From Shigella phage Sf25: a stretch of 64,000 bases of DNA. This document shows, piece by piece, positions 10,838 to 28,579 of the stretch. The stretch lies in the sequence record MF327009. One strand, written 5' to 3'. Every line of letters begins with the position of its first letter. Within the stretch, counting starts at the first letter, position 1. Under the pieces are notes generated by a model that was given only the letters and a program-made list of their open reading frames with translations, did not search any database and was not told the origin of the DNA. Made by a program: the position numbers and the translations under genes.

Positions 10838-11704
10838 ATGTTCATTCAAGAACCAAAGAAATTGATTGATACCGGCGAAATTGGTAACGCTTCTACTGGT
10901 GATATCTTATTCGACGGTGGTAATAAAATTAATAGTGATTTTAACGCAATTTATAATGCGTTTGGCGATCAACGTAAAATGGCAGTAGCAAATGGCACTG
11001 GAGCAGATGGCCAAATTATCCATGCTACTGGATATTATCAAAAACACTCTATTGCAGAGTACGCAACTCCAGTAAAAGTTGGCACTAGGCATGATATTGA
11101 TACCTCTACTGTAGGTGTTAAAGTTATCATTGAAAGAGGCGAACTTGGCGACTGCGTTGAATTTATTAACTCAAATGGATCAATATCAGTTACTAATCCT
11201 TTAACAATTCAAGCCATTGATTCAATTAAAGGTGTTTCAGGTAATTTAGTAGTAACTAGCCCATATAGTAAAGTAACTTTACGTTGTATTTCATCTGATA
11301 ATTCTACATCGGTTTGGAATTATTCTATTGAAAGCATGTTTGGACAAAAGGAATCACCAGCTGAAGGTACATGGAATATTTCTACATCCGGATCAGTTGA
11401 TATTCCACTATTTCATCGCACTGAATACAATATGGCTAAATTGCTAGTTACATGCCAATCAGTAGATGGAAGAAAAATTAAAACAGCAGAAATAAATATT
11501 CTTGTGGATACTGTTAATTCAGAGGTCATTTCTTCTGAATATGCTGTCATGCGAGTTGGGAATGAAACCGAAGAAGACGAAATCGCTAATATTGCATTTA
11601 GTATTAAAGAAAATTATGTAACGGCGACTATAAGTTCTCCAACTGTCGGTATGAGAGCAGCAGTTAAAGTTATCGCTACGCAGAAAATCGGGGTGGCTCA
11701 ATAA
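10838..11704 (+). CDS. 9: gp9 baseplate wedge / long tail fibre socket
   Basis: 288 aa; T4 length and synteny. Confidence 0.9.
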   Translation: MFIQEPKKLIDTGEIGNASTGDILFDGGNKINSDFNAIYNAFGDQRKMAVANGTGADGQIIHATGYYQKHSIAEYATPVKVGTRHDIDTSTVGVKVIIERGELGDCVEFINSNGSISVTNPLTIQAIDSIKGVSGNLVVTSPYSKVTLRCISSDNSTSVWNYSIESMFGQKESPAEGTWNISTSGSVDIPLFHRTEYNMAKLLVTCQSVDGRKIKTAEINILVDTVNSEVISSEYAVMRVGNETEEDEIANIAFSIKENYVTATISSPTVGMRAAVKVIATQKIGVAQ

Positions 11705-13512
11705 TGAAACAAAATATTAATATCGGTAATGTTGTTGATGATGGTACCGGTGACTACCTGCGTAAAGGTGGTATAAAAATAAATGAAAACTTTGATGAGC
11801 TTTATTATGAGCTTGGTGATGGAGATGTTCCATATTCAGCCGGTGCCTGGAAAACTTATGATGCTTCATCTGGCCAAACACTAAAAGCTGAGTGGGGGAA
11901 ATCATACGCTATTAATACCTCTTCTGGAAGAGTAACTATAAATCTTCCAAAAGGAACTGTTAATGATTACAACAAGGTAATTAGAGCTAGAGACGTATTT
12001 GCTACATGGAACGTCAACCCAGTTACACTAGTAGCTGCTTCCGGAGATACGATTAAAGGGTCTGCAGTACCAGTTGAAATTAATGTTCAATTCAGCGATT
12101 TAGAACTAGTGTATTGTGCCCCAGGACGTTGGGAATATGTCAAAAATAAACAAATTGACAAAATTACCAGTTCAGACATTAGTAATGTAGCTCGTAAAGA
12201 ATTTTTAGTCGAAGTCCAAGGACAAACAGACTTTTTAGATGTTTTCCGTGGAACCAGTTATAATGTAAATAACATCAGAGTAAAACATCGTGGTAACGAA
12301 TTGTATTATGGCGATGTGTTTAGCGAAAACAGTGATTTTGGCTCTCCGGGCGAAAATGAAGGAGAACTAGTTCCTCTTGATGGATTTAATATTCGATTAA
12401 GACAGCCTTGTAATATTGGTGACACTGTTCAAATTGAAACATTTATGGATGGTGTATCGCAGTGGAGAAGTTCATATACAAGACGTCAAATTAGATTGTT
12501 AGATTCAAAATTAACGTCAAAAACTTCTTTAGAAGGAAGCATTTACGTTACTGATTTATCAACAATGAAATCAATTCCATTTTCTGCTTTTGGATTAATT
12601 CCAGGAGAACCTATTAATCCTAACTCTCTTGAGGTTCGTTTTAATGGAATTTTGCAGGAATTAGCTGGCACAGTTGGAATGCCATTATTTCATTGTGTTG
12701 GTGCCGATTCAGACGATGAAGTAGAATGCTCTGTTTTAGGTGGAACTTGGGAACAATCTCATACCGATTATTCAGTTGAAACTGATGAAAACGGCATACC
12801 GGAAATTTTACATTTCGATAGAGTATTTGAGCATGGTGACATTATCAATATCACCTGGTTTAATAATGATTTGGGTACATTATTAACGAAAGATGAGATT
12901 ATTGATGAAACTGATAATCTCTATGTATCACAAGGACCGGGAGTAGATATTTCTGGCGATGTAAATTTAACAGACTTCGATAAAATTGGTTGGCCAAATG
13001 TAGAAGCAGTTCAATCTTATCAACGCGAATTTAATGCTGTTTCAAATATCTTTGATACGATTTATCCTATTGGAACTATATATGAAAACGCTGTTAATCC
13101 AAACAACCCTGTTACATATATGGGATTCGGCTCATGGAAATTATTTGGGCAAGGAAAAGTTTTAGTTGGATGGAATGAAGATATTTCGGATCCGAATTTT
13201 GCTCTAAATAACAACGATTTAGATTCTGGCGGAAATCCTTCGCATACTGCAGGTGGAACAGGTGGTTCTACTTCTGTTACATTGGAAAATGCTAATCTTC
13301 CTGCAACTGAAACAGATGAAGAAGTTCTAATAGTTGATGAAAATGGATCAGTCATTGTTGGTGGGTGTCAATACGATCCAGATGAATCCGGTCCAATTTA
13401 CACTAAATACCGTGAAGCTAAAGCATCTACTAACTCTACTCACACTCCGCCAACATCAATAACTAACATTCAACCATATATTACAGTTTATCGTTGGATA
13501 AGGATTGCATAA
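11704..13512 (+). CDS. 10: gp10 baseplate wedge subunit and tail pin
   Basis: 602 aa; T4 length and synteny. Confidence 0.9.
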   Translation: MKQNINIGNVVDDGTGDYLRKGGIKINENFDELYYELGDGDVPYSAGAWKTYDASSGQTLKAEWGKSYAINTSSGRVTINLPKGTVNDYNKVIRARDVFATWNVNPVTLVAASGDTIKGSAVPVEINVQFSDLELVYCAPGRWEYVKNKQIDKITSSDISNVARKEFLVEVQGQTDFLDVFRGTSYNVNNIRVKHRGNELYYGDVFSENSDFGSPGENEGELVPLDGFNIRLRQPCNIGDTVQIETFMDGVSQWRSSYTRRQIRLLDSKLTSKTSLEGSIYVTDLSTMKSIPFSAFGLIPGEPINPNSLEVRFNGILQELAGTVGMPLFHCVGADSDDEVECSVLGGTWEQSHTDYSVETDENGIPEILHFDRVFEHGDIINITWFNNDLGTLLTKDEIIDETDNLYVSQGPGVDISGDVNLTDFDKIGWPNVEAVQSYQREFNAVSNIFDTIYPIGTIYENAVNPNNPVTYMGFGSWKLFGQGKVLVGWNEDISDPNFALNNNDLDSGGNPSHTAGGTGGSTSVTLENANLPATETDEEVLIVDENGSVIVGGCQYDPDESGPIYTKYREAKASTNSTHTPPTSITNIQPYITVYRWIRIA

Positions 13513-14171
13513 TGAGTTTACTTAATAATAAAGCGGGAGTTATTTCCCGCTTAGCCGATTTTCTTGGTTTTAGACCTAAAGCTGGTAATATAGATGTAAT
13601 GAATCGTCAATCAGTTGGGTCAGTGACAATTTCTCAATTAGCGAAAGGTTTTTATGAACCAAACGTAGAATCAGCTATTAATGATGTTCATAATTTTTCT
13701 ATAAAAGACATTGGTACAATTATTACTAATAAAACTGGTGTTTCTCCTGAGGGCGTTTCTCAAACTGATTATTGGGCATTTTCTGGAACTGTAACAGACG
13801 ATTCTCTTCCTCCGGGTTCTCCTGTTACAGTATTAGTATTTGGTCTTCCAGTTTCAGCAACAACTGGAATGACGGCAATTGAGTTTGTTGCAAAAGTTCG
13901 TGTTGCCCTTCAAGAAGCTATTGCGTCATTTACTGCTATCAACTCATATAAAGACCATCCAACAGATGGTAGTAAATTAGAAGTTACTTATTTAGATAAT
14001 CAAAAACATGTATTAAGCACATATTCTACATATGGAATAACTATTTCACAGGAAATTATTTCTGAGTCTAAACCTGGCTACGGTACATGGAATTTATTAG
14101 GCGCACAAACTGTAACTTTAGATAATCAGCAGACTCCTACAGTACTTTATCATTTTGAGAGAACAGCATGA
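13512..14171 (+). CDS. 11: gp11 baseplate wedge subunit / short tail fibre attachment
   Basis: 219 aa from ATG 13512 (TAATG overlap with gene 10); the ORF track start at 13494 is an upstream extension. Confidence 0.9.
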   Translation: MSLLNNKAGVISRLADFLGFRPKAGNIDVMNRQSVGSVTISQLAKGFYEPNVESAINDVHNFSIKDIGTIITNKTGVSPEGVSQTDYWAFSGTVTDDSLPPGSPVTVLVFGLPVSATTGMTAIEFVAKVRVALQEAIASFTAINSYKDHPTDGSKLEVTYLDNQKHVLSTYSTYGITISQEIISESKPGYGTWNLLGAQTVTLDNQQTPTVLYHFERTA

Positions 14172-15751
14172 GTAATAATACATATCAACACGTTTCTAAT
14201 GAATCTCGTTATGTAAAATTTGATCCAACTGGTACAAATTTTCCGGAAGAGATTACTGATGTTCAGGCTGCTATAGCAGCCATTTCTCCTGCTGGCGTAA
14301 ATGGAGTTCCTGATGCATCGTCAACAACAAAGGGAATTTTATTTCTTGCCACTGAACAGGAAGTTATAGATGGAACTAATAATACCAAAGCAGTTACACC
14401 GGCAACGTTGGCAACAAGATTATCATATCCAAATGCTACCGAAGAAGTTTATGGACTTACACGTTATTCAACAGACGATGAAGCTGTAGCTGGTGTTAAT
14501 AATGAATCATCTATAACTCCGGCTAAATTTACTACAGCAATTAATCACATTTTTGATACACGAATTTCTTCTGAAAGTTCACTTGGCGTTATTAAGTTAT
14601 CATCTCTACCGCAAGCATTAGCTGGTGCAGATGATACTACTGCAATGACTCCATTAAAAACGCAGCAGTTAGCTATTAAATTAATTGCGCAAATTGCTCC
14701 TTCTGAAACCACAGCTACCGAATCGGACCAAGGTGTTGTTCAATTAGCAACAGTAGCGCAGGTTCGTCAGGGAACTTTAAGAGAAGGCTATGCAATTTCT
14801 CCTTATACGTTTATGAATTCATCTGCTACTGAAGAATATAAAGGCGTAATTAAATTAGGAACACAGTCAGAAGTTAACTCGAATAATGCTTCTGTTGCTG
14901 TTACTGGTGCAACTCTTAATGGTCGTGGTTCTACAACGTCAATGAGAGGCGTAGTTAAATTAACTACAACTGCCGGCTCACAGAGTGGAGGTGATGCTTC
15001 ATCAGCACTAGCTTGGAATGCTGACGTTATCCATCAAAGAGGCGGTCAAACTATTAATGGAACACTCCGCATTAATAACACGCTTACAATAGCCTCAGGT
15101 GGAGCAAATATTACCGGAACAGTTAACATGACCGGTGGTTATATTCAAGGTAAGCGTGTCGTAACACAAAATGAAATTGATAGAACTATTCCTGTCGGAG
15201 CTATTATGATGTGGGCCGCTGATAGTCTTCCTAGTGATGCTTGGCGTTTTTGCCACGGTGGAACTGTTTCAGCGTCAGATTGTCCATTATATGCTTCTAG
15301 AATTGGAACAAGATATGGCGGAAGTTCATCAAATCCTGGATTACCTGATATGCGTGGTCTTTTTGTTCGCGGCTCTGGTCGTGGCTCTCACTTAACAAAT
15401 CCAAATGTTAATGGTAATGACCAGTTTGGTAAGCCTAGATTAGGTGTAGGTTGTACTGGTGGATATGTTGGTGAAGTACAGAAACAACAGATGTCTTATC
15501 ATAAACATGCTGGCGGATTTGGTGAGCATGATGATTCTGGAGCATTCGGTAATACCCGTAGATCAAATTTTGTTGGTACACGTAAAGGACTTGACTGGGA
15601 TAACCGTTCATACTTCACCAATGACGGATATGAAATTGACCCGGCATCACAACGAAATTCCAAATATACATTAAATCGTCCTGAATTAATTGGAAATGAA
15701 ACACGTCCATGGAACATTTCTTTAAACTACATAATTAAGGTAAAAGAATGA
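14168..15751 (+). CDS. 12: gp12 short tail fibre
   Basis: 527 aa; T4 length and synteny. Confidence 0.9.
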   Translation: MSNNTYQHVSNESRYVKFDPTGTNFPEEITDVQAAIAAISPAGVNGVPDASSTTKGILFLATEQEVIDGTNNTKAVTPATLATRLSYPNATEEVYGLTRYSTDDEAVAGVNNESSITPAKFTTAINHIFDTRISSESSLGVIKLSSLPQALAGADDTTAMTPLKTQQLAIKLIAQIAPSETTATESDQGVVQLATVAQVRQGTLREGYAISPYTFMNSSATEEYKGVIKLGTQSEVNSNNASVAVTGATLNGRGSTTSMRGVVKLTTTAGSQSGGDASSALAWNADVIHQRGGQTINGTLRINNTLTIASGGANITGTVNMTGGYIQGKRVVTQNEIDRTIPVGAIMMWAADSLPSDAWRFCHGGTVSASDCPLYASRIGTRYGGSSSNPGLPDMRGLFVRGSGRGSHLTNPNVNGNDQFGKPRLGVGCTGGYVGEVQKQQMSYHKHAGGFGEHDDSGAFGNTRRSNFVGTRKGLDWDNRSYFTNDGYEIDPASQRNSKYTLNRPELIGNETRPWNISLNYIIKVKE

Positions 15752-17211
15752 CAGATATTGTACTGAATGACTTACCATTCGTTGACGGCCCTCCGCAGGA
15801 GGGCCAGAGCCGCATTTCCTGGATTAAAAACGGCGAAGAAATATTAGGAGCTGACACACAGTATGGAAGCGAAGGTTCAATGAATAGACCTACAGTTTCT
15901 GTACTAAGAAATGTTGAAGTTCTTGATAAAAACATTGGAATACTTAAAACATCTTTAGAAACCGCAAATAGTGATATTAAAACCATCCAGGGCATCTTAG
16001 ATGTATCTGGTGATATAGAAGCTTTAGCACAAATAAGTATCAATAAAAAGGATATTTCTGACCTCAAAACGCTAACCAGTGAACATACAGAAATATTAAA
16101 TGGAACTAATAGTACAGTTGACAACATTCTTGCTGATATTGGTCCATTTAACTCCGAGGCCAACTCTGTATACAGAACGATCAGAAATGATTTACTGTGG
16201 ATAAAGCGTGAACTTGGACAATACACTGGTCAAGATATTAATGGTCTTCCTGTTGTAGGAAATCCTAGTAGTGGAATGAAGCATCGCATTATTAATAATA
16301 CTGATGTCATTACTTCACAGGGAATACGTTTAAGTGAATTAGAAACAAAATTTATTGAATCTGATGTAGGTTCTTTGACCATTGAAGTTGGCAATCTTCG
16401 CGAAGAGCTTGGACCGAAACCACCGTCTTTTTCACAAAACATTTACAGCCGCTTAAATGAAATTGACACTAAACAGACAACAGTTGAGTCTGATATTAGT
16501 GCTATTAAGACCTCAATAGGATATCCAGGAAATAATTCGATTATTACGAGTGTTAATACAAACACTGATAATATTGCATCTATTAATTTAGAGCTAAATC
16601 AAAGTGGTGGTATTAAACAGCGTTTAACCGTTATTGAAACTTCTATTGGTTCAGATGATATTCCTTCGAGTATTAAAGGCCAAATCAAAGATAATACAAC
16701 TTCAATCGAATCTTTAAATGGAATCGTCGGTGAAAACACTTCATCTGGTTTAAGAGCGAATGTTTCGTGGTTAAACCAAATTGTTGGAACTGATTCTAGC
16801 GGTGGACAACCTTCTCCTCCTGGGTCTCTTTTAAACCGAGTTTCTACAATTGAAACTTCTGTTTCAGGCTTGAATAACGATGTTCAAAACCTACAAGTAG
16901 AGATTGGTAATAACAGCACAGGAATTAAAGGGCAAGTTGTAGCGTTAAATACTTTAGTAAATGGAACTAATCCAAACGGTTCAACTGTTGAAGAACGCGG
17001 ATTAACCAATTCAATAAAAGCTAACGAAACTAACATTGCATCAGTTACACAAGAAGTGAATACAGCTAAAGGCAATATATCTTCTTTACAAGACGATGTT
17101 CAAGCTCTCCAAGAAGCCGGTTATATTCCTGAAGCTCCAAAAGATGGCCAAGCTTACGTTCGTAAAGACGGCGAATGGGTATTGCTTTCTACCTTTTTAT
17201 CACCAGCATAA
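15748..17211 (+). CDS. wac: fibritin (whisker antigen control, wac)
   Basis: 487 aa, coiled-coil-rich; T4 length and synteny. Confidence 0.9.
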   Translation: MTDIVLNDLPFVDGPPQEGQSRISWIKNGEEILGADTQYGSEGSMNRPTVSVLRNVEVLDKNIGILKTSLETANSDIKTIQGILDVSGDIEALAQISINKKDISDLKTLTSEHTEILNGTNSTVDNILADIGPFNSEANSVYRTIRNDLLWIKRELGQYTGQDINGLPVVGNPSSGMKHRIINNTDVITSQGIRLSELETKFIESDVGSLTIEVGNLREELGPKPPSFSQNIYSRLNEIDTKQTTVESDISAIKTSIGYPGNNSIITSVNTNTDNIASINLELNQSGGIKQRLTVIETSIGSDDIPSSIKGQIKDNTTSIESLNGIVGENTSSGLRANVSWLNQIVGTDSSGGQPSPPGSLLNRVSTIETSVSGLNNDVQNLQVEIGNNSTGIKGQVVALNTLVNGTNPNGSTVEERGLTNSIKANETNIASVTQEVNTAKGNISSLQDDVQALQEAGYIPEAPKDGQAYVRKDGEWVLLSTFLSPA

Positions 17212-17214
17212 CAT

Positions 17215-17240
17215 GGGGCCGCAAGGCCCCAAAGGATTTT
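17215..17240 (+). terminator. hairpin GGGGCC-GCAA-GGCCCC with downstream T-run after wac
   Basis: stem-loop directly after wac stop. Confidence 0.45.
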
Positions 17241-17243
17241 TAA

Positions 17244-18945
<1,702 letters not shown>

Positions 18946-18986
18946 TAAATATTATAAACTAATTAAAGCCCAGATTAGGAGAAATC

Positions 18987-22124
<3,138 letters not shown>

Positions 22125-22155
22125 ATATATTAAAGCATATTAAAGAGGATTAAAA

Positions 22156-24135
22156 ATGACTTTATTATCTCCGGGCATTGAGCTCAAAGAAACTACGGTT
22201 CAAAGCACCGTGGTTAATAACTCTACTGGTACAGCAGCTTTGGCCGGTAAATTCCAGTGGGGTCCTGCTTTTCAAATTAAACAGGTTACAAATGAAGTAG
22301 ATTTAGTTAATACTTTTGGTCAACCTACAGCTGAAACTGCTGACTATTTTATGTCTGCAATGAATTTCTTACAATACGGAAATGATTTGCGAGTTGTGCG
22401 TGCTGTCGATAGAGATACCGCTAAAAACTCATCTCCGATTGCCGGTAATATTGAATACACTATTTCTACCCCAGGTAGTAACTACGCGGTTGGAGATAAA
22501 ATCACTGTTAAGTATGTTTCAGAAGATGTTGAAACAGAAGGTAAAATTACTGAAGTAGACGCAGATGGAAAAATCAAGAAAATTAATATTCCTACTGCAA
22601 AAATTATCGCTAAAGCGAAAGAAGTCGGTGAATATCCAACACTAGGTTCTAACTGGACTGCGGAAATTTCTTCATCTTCCTCTGGTTTAGCTGCAGTAAT
22701 AACTCTCGGAAAAATTATTACTGATTCTGGTATTTTATTAGCTGAAATTGAAAATGCTGAAGCTGCTATGACAGCGGTTGACTTTCAAGCAAATCTCGAA
22801 AAATACGGAATTCCAGGAGTAGTAGCTCTTTATCCAGGCGAATTAGGCGATAAAATTGAAATTGAAATCGTATCTAAAGCTGACTATGCAAAAGGAGCTT
22901 CTGCATTACTCCCAATTTATCCAGGTGGTGGTACTCGTGCATCTACTGCCAAAGCAGTGTTTGGATATGGACCGCAAACTGATTCACAGTACGCTATTAT
23001 AGTTCGTCGTAATGATGCTATTGTTCAAAGCGTTGTTCTTTCAACTAAGCGTGGTGAAAAAGATATTTACGATAGTAACATCTATATCGATGACTTTTTC
23101 GCAAAAGGTGGTTCAGAATATATTTTTGCAACTGCACAAAACTGGCCAGAAGGCTTCTCTGGAATTTTAACTCTGTCTGGTGGATTATCATCAAATGCTG
23201 AAGTAACAGCAGGAGATTTGATGGAAGCTTGGGACTTCTTTGCTGACCGTGAATCTGTAGATGTTCAATTGTTTATTGCTGGTTCTTGTGCCGGTGAATC
23301 TCTTGAAACAGCATCTACTGTCCAAAAACATGTTGTTTCAATTGGTGATGCTCGTCAAGATTGCTTAGTATTGTGCTCACCACCACGTGAAACTGTAGTT
23401 GGAATTCCTGTAACTCGTGCAGTAGATAATTTAGTTAACTGGAGAACTGCAGCAGGTTCATACACTGATAATAACTTTAATATCAGTTCAACCTATGCAG
23501 CAATTGATGGTAACTACAAGTATCAGTATGACAAATATAATGATGTGAATCGTTGGGTTCCATTAGCAGCTGATATTGCTGGTTTATGCGCGAGAACAGA
23601 TAACGTTTCTCAGACTTGGATGTCCCCAGCTGGTTATAATCGCGGCCAAATTTTGAACGTTATTAAACTTGCTATTGAAACTCGCCAGGCGCAGCGCGAT
23701 CGTTTATACCAAGAAGCTATCAACCCAGTAACTGGTACAGGTGGTGATGGTTACGTATTGTATGGTGATAAAACAGCTACTTCTGTTCCTTCTCCATTTG
23801 ATCGTATTAACGTTCGTCGTCTGTTTAATATGTTGAAAACGAATATCGGACGTAGTTCAAAATATCGTTTGTTCGAATTAAACAACGCGTTTACTCGTTC
23901 ATCGTTCCGCACAGAAACTTCCCAGTACTTGCAGGGAATTAAAGCTCTCGGTGGAATTTATGAATATCGTGTAGTTTGCGATACAACAAATAACACTCCG
24001 TCAGTAATTGATAGAAATGAGTTTGTTGCAACATTCTACATTCAACCGGCTAGAAGCATTAACTACATTACCTTAAACTTCGTAGCAACTGCTACTGGTG
24101 CAGATTTCGATGAGTTAACTGGTCTTGCAGGTTAA
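22156..24135 (+). CDS. 18: gp18 contractile tail sheath protein
   Basis: 659 aa; T4 length and synteny. Confidence 0.95.
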   Translation: MTLLSPGIELKETTVQSTVVNNSTGTAALAGKFQWGPAFQIKQVTNEVDLVNTFGQPTAETADYFMSAMNFLQYGNDLRVVRAVDRDTAKNSSPIAGNIEYTISTPGSNYAVGDKITVKYVSEDVETEGKITEVDADGKIKKINIPTAKIIAKAKEVGEYPTLGSNWTAEISSSSSGLAAVITLGKIITDSGILLAEIENAEAAMTAVDFQANLEKYGIPGVVALYPGELGDKIEIEIVSKADYAKGASALLPIYPGGGTRASTAKAVFGYGPQTDSQYAIIVRRNDAIVQSVVLSTKRGEKDIYDSNIYIDDFFAKGGSEYIFATAQNWPEGFSGILTLSGGLSSNAEVTAGDLMEAWDFFADRESVDVQLFIAGSCAGESLETASTVQKHVVSIGDARQDCLVLCSPPRETVVGIPVTRAVDNLVNWRTAAGSYTDNNFNISSTYAAIDGNYKYQYDKYNDVNRWVPLAADIAGLCARTDNVSQTWMSPAGYNRGQILNVIKLAIETRQAQRDRLYQEAINPVTGTGGDGYVLYGDKTATSVPSPFDRINVRRLFNMLKTNIGRSSKYRLFELNNAFTRSSFRTETSQYLQGIKALGGIYEYRVVCDTTNNTPSVIDRNEFVATFYIQPARSINYITLNFVATATGADFDELTGLAG

Positions 24136-24170
24136 TACGGTGCATTCTAAAGGCCTGTTTCGGCAGGCCA

Positions 24171-24178
24171 TATAAATA
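24171..24178 (+). promoter_or_regulatory. late promoter TATAAATA (first of two upstream of gene 19)
   Basis: exact TATAAATA. Confidence 0.55.
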
Positions 24179-24229
24179 CACTATATCCTTAATTCTTTAA
24201 TTCTATATGCCCTAGGTTAAACATAGGGA

Positions 24230-24237
24230 TATAAATA
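24230..24237 (+). promoter_or_regulatory. late promoter TATAAATA (second, proximal to gene 19)
   Basis: exact TATAAATA 15 nt upstream of ATG 24252. Confidence 0.6.
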
Positions 24238-24251
24238 CTACAGAGGCTAAT

Positions 24252-24743
24252 ATGTTTGTAGATGATGTAACACGAGCGTTTGAATCTGGTGATTTTGCTC
24301 GACCTAACTTATTCCAAGTAGAAATTTCTTATCTTGGACAAAATTTTACGTTTCAATGTAAAGCCACTGCTTTACCAGCTGGTATTGTAGAAAAAATTCC
24401 AGTCGGATTTATGAACCGTAAAATTAACGTAGCAGGCGATCGTACATTCGATGACTGGACTGTTACAGTAATGAACGATGAGGCACATGATGCTCGCCAG
24501 AAGTTTGTTGATTGGCAAAGCATTGCTGCTGGGCAAGGGAACGAAATTACTGGTGGAAAACCAGCAGAGTATAAAAAGAGCGCTGTTGTTCGCCAATATG
24601 CTCGTGATGCTAAAACTGTAACAAAAGAAGTCGAAATTAAAGGCCTGTGGCCTACTAACGTGGGTGAACTTCAATTAGATTGGGATTCAAACAATGAAAT
24701 CCAAACCTTTGAAGTAACTCTTGCTCTCGATTATTGGGAATAA
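24252..24743 (+). CDS. 19: gp19 tail tube protein
   Basis: 163 aa; T4 length and synteny. Confidence 0.95.
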   Translation: MFVDDVTRAFESGDFARPNLFQVEISYLGQNFTFQCKATALPAGIVEKIPVGFMNRKINVAGDRTFDDWTVTVMNDEAHDARQKFVDWQSIAAGQGNEITGGKPAEYKKSAVVRQYARDAKTVTKEVEIKGLWPTNVGELQLDWDSNNEIQTFEVTLALDYWE

Positions 24744-24775
24744 AATGAATGGGGAGAAATCCCCATCCTGCTTAA

Positions 24776-26400
<1,625 letters not shown>

Positions 26401-26401
<1 letters not shown>

Positions 26402-26658
26402 TGGAAGGTTTAATTGAAGCTATTAAATCAAACGACCTCGTAGCCGCTCGTAAATTCTTTGCTGAAGCCATGGCTGCAAGAACGATTGATTTAATTAAAG
26501 AAGAAAAAATCGCTATCGCTCGCAATTTCTTAATCGAAGGTGAAGAACCTGATGAAGATGACGAAGACGAAGACGAGGATGATGAAGATAGCGATGATAA
26601 AGACGACAAAAAAGACAAAGACTCTGATGAAGATGACGAAGACGAGGATGATGAATAA
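26401..26658 (+). CDS. 67: gp67 prohead core protein (acidic)
   Basis: 85 aa with D/E-rich tail; TAATG overlap with gene 20. Confidence 0.8.
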
Positions 26659-27083
26659 TGCTTCTGATCCCTGAAACTCATGAATTAGTTCTCGAGAATG
26701 TCGAAGCACTTATTCCTGAAGCACAGGGTCGCTTTGACGAATTGTCTTCTGTTTTAAATAAAGACGATATAAATACAATTGTCGAGAATATGCTTGATGA
26801 TGAAACTGATTTAGCGATTGCATTAGCTTCTATTAATGAAGATATGCCGCTAAATGAATTCATCGTTAAACATGTTTCTGCTCGTGGTGAAATTACACGT
26901 ACTAAAGACCGCAAGACGCGTGAACGTAATGCATTTCAAACCACCGGGCTGTCTAAAGCAAAACGTAGACAAATTGCTCGCAAAGCTACCAAAACGAAGA
27001 TTGCCAATCCAGCAGGTCAATCTCGTGCTCAGCGTAAGCGTAAAAAAGCTCTTAAACGCCGTAAAGCATTAGGATTAAGCTAA
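26658..27083 (+). CDS. 68: gp68 prohead core protein
   Basis: 141 aa; T4 synteny. Confidence 0.85.
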   Translation: MLLIPETHELVLENVEALIPEAQGRFDELSSVLNKDDINTIVENMLDDETDLAIALASINEDMPLNEFIVKHVSARGEITRTKDRKTRERNAFQTTGLSKAKRRQIARKATKTKIANPAGQSRAQRKRKKALKRRKALGLS

Positions 27084-27721
27084 TGAATGAACCCCAATTA
27101 CTAATTGAAACTTGGGGTCAACCTGGCGAAATTATTGATGGTGTGCCAATGCTTGAATCCCACGATGGAAAAGACTTAGGTTTAAAACCTGGTTTATACA
27201 TCGAAGGAATATTCATGCAAGCGGAAGTCGTCAATAGAAATAAACGTCTTTATCCAAAACGCATATTAGAAAAAGCGGTAAAAGACTATATCAATGAGCA
27301 AGTTTTAACTAAACAAGCTCTCGGAGAATTAAATCATCCTCCACGCGCTAATGTTGACCCGATGCAAGCCGCTATCATTATAGAAGATATGTGGTGGAAA
27401 GGAAATGACGTATACGGACGAGCTCGTGTTATTGAAGGTGACCATGGTCCTGGAGATAAATTAGCAGCTAATATTCGTGCCGGATGGATTCCAGGAGTTT
27501 CTTCTCGTGGATTAGGTTCATTGACTGACACAAATAAAGGTTATCGTATCGTAAACGAAGGATTCAAATTAACTGTAGGTGTTGATGCAGTATGGGGTCC
27601 AAGTGCTCCAGATGCATGGGTAACTCCTAAGGAAATTACCGAATCACAGACGGCGGAAGCCGATACAAGTGCCGATGACGCCTATATGGCTCTCGCAGAG
27701 GCCATGAAAAAAGCGTTATAA
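27083..27721 (+). CDS. 21: gp21 prohead core protease
   Basis: 212 aa; T4 length and synteny. Confidence 0.9.
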   Translation: MNEPQLLIETWGQPGEIIDGVPMLESHDGKDLGLKPGLYIEGIFMQAEVVNRNKRLYPKRILEKAVKDYINEQVLTKQALGELNHPPRANVDPMQAAIIIEDMWWKGNDVYGRARVIEGDHGPGDKLAANIRAGWIPGVSSRGLGSLTDTNKGYRIVNEGFKLTVGVDAVWGPSAPDAWVTPKEITESQTAEADTSADDAYMALAEAMKKAL

Positions 27722-27724
27722 ATA
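27717..27724 (+). promoter_or_regulatory. late promoter TATAAATA upstream of gene 22
   Basis: exact TATAAATA overlapping gene 21 stop. Confidence 0.55.
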
Positions 27725-27751
27725 TTATTATCTAAACAACAGGACTACAAA

Positions 27752-28561
27752 ATGCTTAAAGAACAACTGATTGCTGAAGCGCAAAAAATTGATGCTTCCG
27801 TTGCTCTTGATAGTATTTTCGAATCAGTTAATATTTCTCCGGAAGCAAAAGAAACTTTCGGCACTGTATTCGAAGCTACCGTCAAGCAGCACGCCGTTAA
27901 ATTAGCTGAATCTCATATCGCTAAAATTGCTGAAAAAGCAGAAGAAGAAGTAGAAAAAAATAAAGAAGAAGCCGAAGAAAAAGCTGAGAAGAAAATCGCT
28001 GAGCAAGCTTCTAAATTCATCGACCATCTTGCGAAAGAATGGCTCGCTGAAAATAAATTAGCAGTTGATAAAGGCATCAAAGCCGAACTGTTTGAATCCA
28101 TGCTTGGTGGATTAAAAGAGCTCTTTGTTGAACACAACGTTGTTGTTCCAGAAGAATCAGTTGATGTTGTAGCTGAAATGGAAGAAGAGCTGCAAGAACA
28201 TAAAGAAGAATCAGCTCGTCTGTTCGAAGAACTCAATAAGCGTGACGCATATATCAATTATGTGCAGCGTGAAGTGGCATTGAGCGAAAGTACTAAAGAT
28301 CTGACTGAGTCTCAAAAAGAAAAAGTCTCTGCTCTGGTCGAAGGTATGGATTATTCAGATGAATTCTCAAGTAAATTGAGTGCCATCGTAGAAATGGTGA
28401 AGAAGTCTAATAAAGATGAAAGCACTATTACTGAGGGTATAAATACTCCTGATACTGAAGCAGCCGGACTGAATTTCGTCACTGAAGCTGTAGAAGATAA
28501 AGCTGCACCTGGTGCAGAAGATATTGTAAGTGTATATGCGAAAGTCGCATCTCGTTTCTAA
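27752..28561 (+). CDS. 22: gp22 prohead core scaffold protein
   Basis: 269 aa, E/K-rich helical; T4 synteny. Confidence 0.9.
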   Translation: MLKEQLIAEAQKIDASVALDSIFESVNISPEAKETFGTVFEATVKQHAVKLAESHIAKIAEKAEEEVEKNKEEAEEKAEKKIAEQASKFIDHLAKEWLAENKLAVDKGIKAELFESMLGGLKELFVEHNVVVPEESVDVVAEMEEELQEHKEESARLFEELNKRDAYINYVQREVALSESTKDLTESQKEKVSALVEGMDYSDEFSSKLSAIVEMVKKSNKDESTITEGINTPDTEAAGLNFVTEAVEDKAAPGAEDIVSVYAKVASRF

Positions 28562-28579
28562 TTTTAAAGGTTAACACAA

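Noticed and set aside
13494-13511. N-terminal extensions in the ORF track for genes 11, 20, uvsW.1, rnlA and denA
   Set aside because: The track allows non-ATG starts; the downstream ATGs give T4-consistent lengths and overlap neighbouring stops in the usual TAATG or ATGA fashion.
26530-26658. Low-complexity GAAGA[CT]GA repeats that could suggest a tandem repeat or CRISPR-like array
   Set aside because: This is codon-level repetition encoding the D/E-rich tail of prohead core protein gp67; there are no spacer-repeat units.
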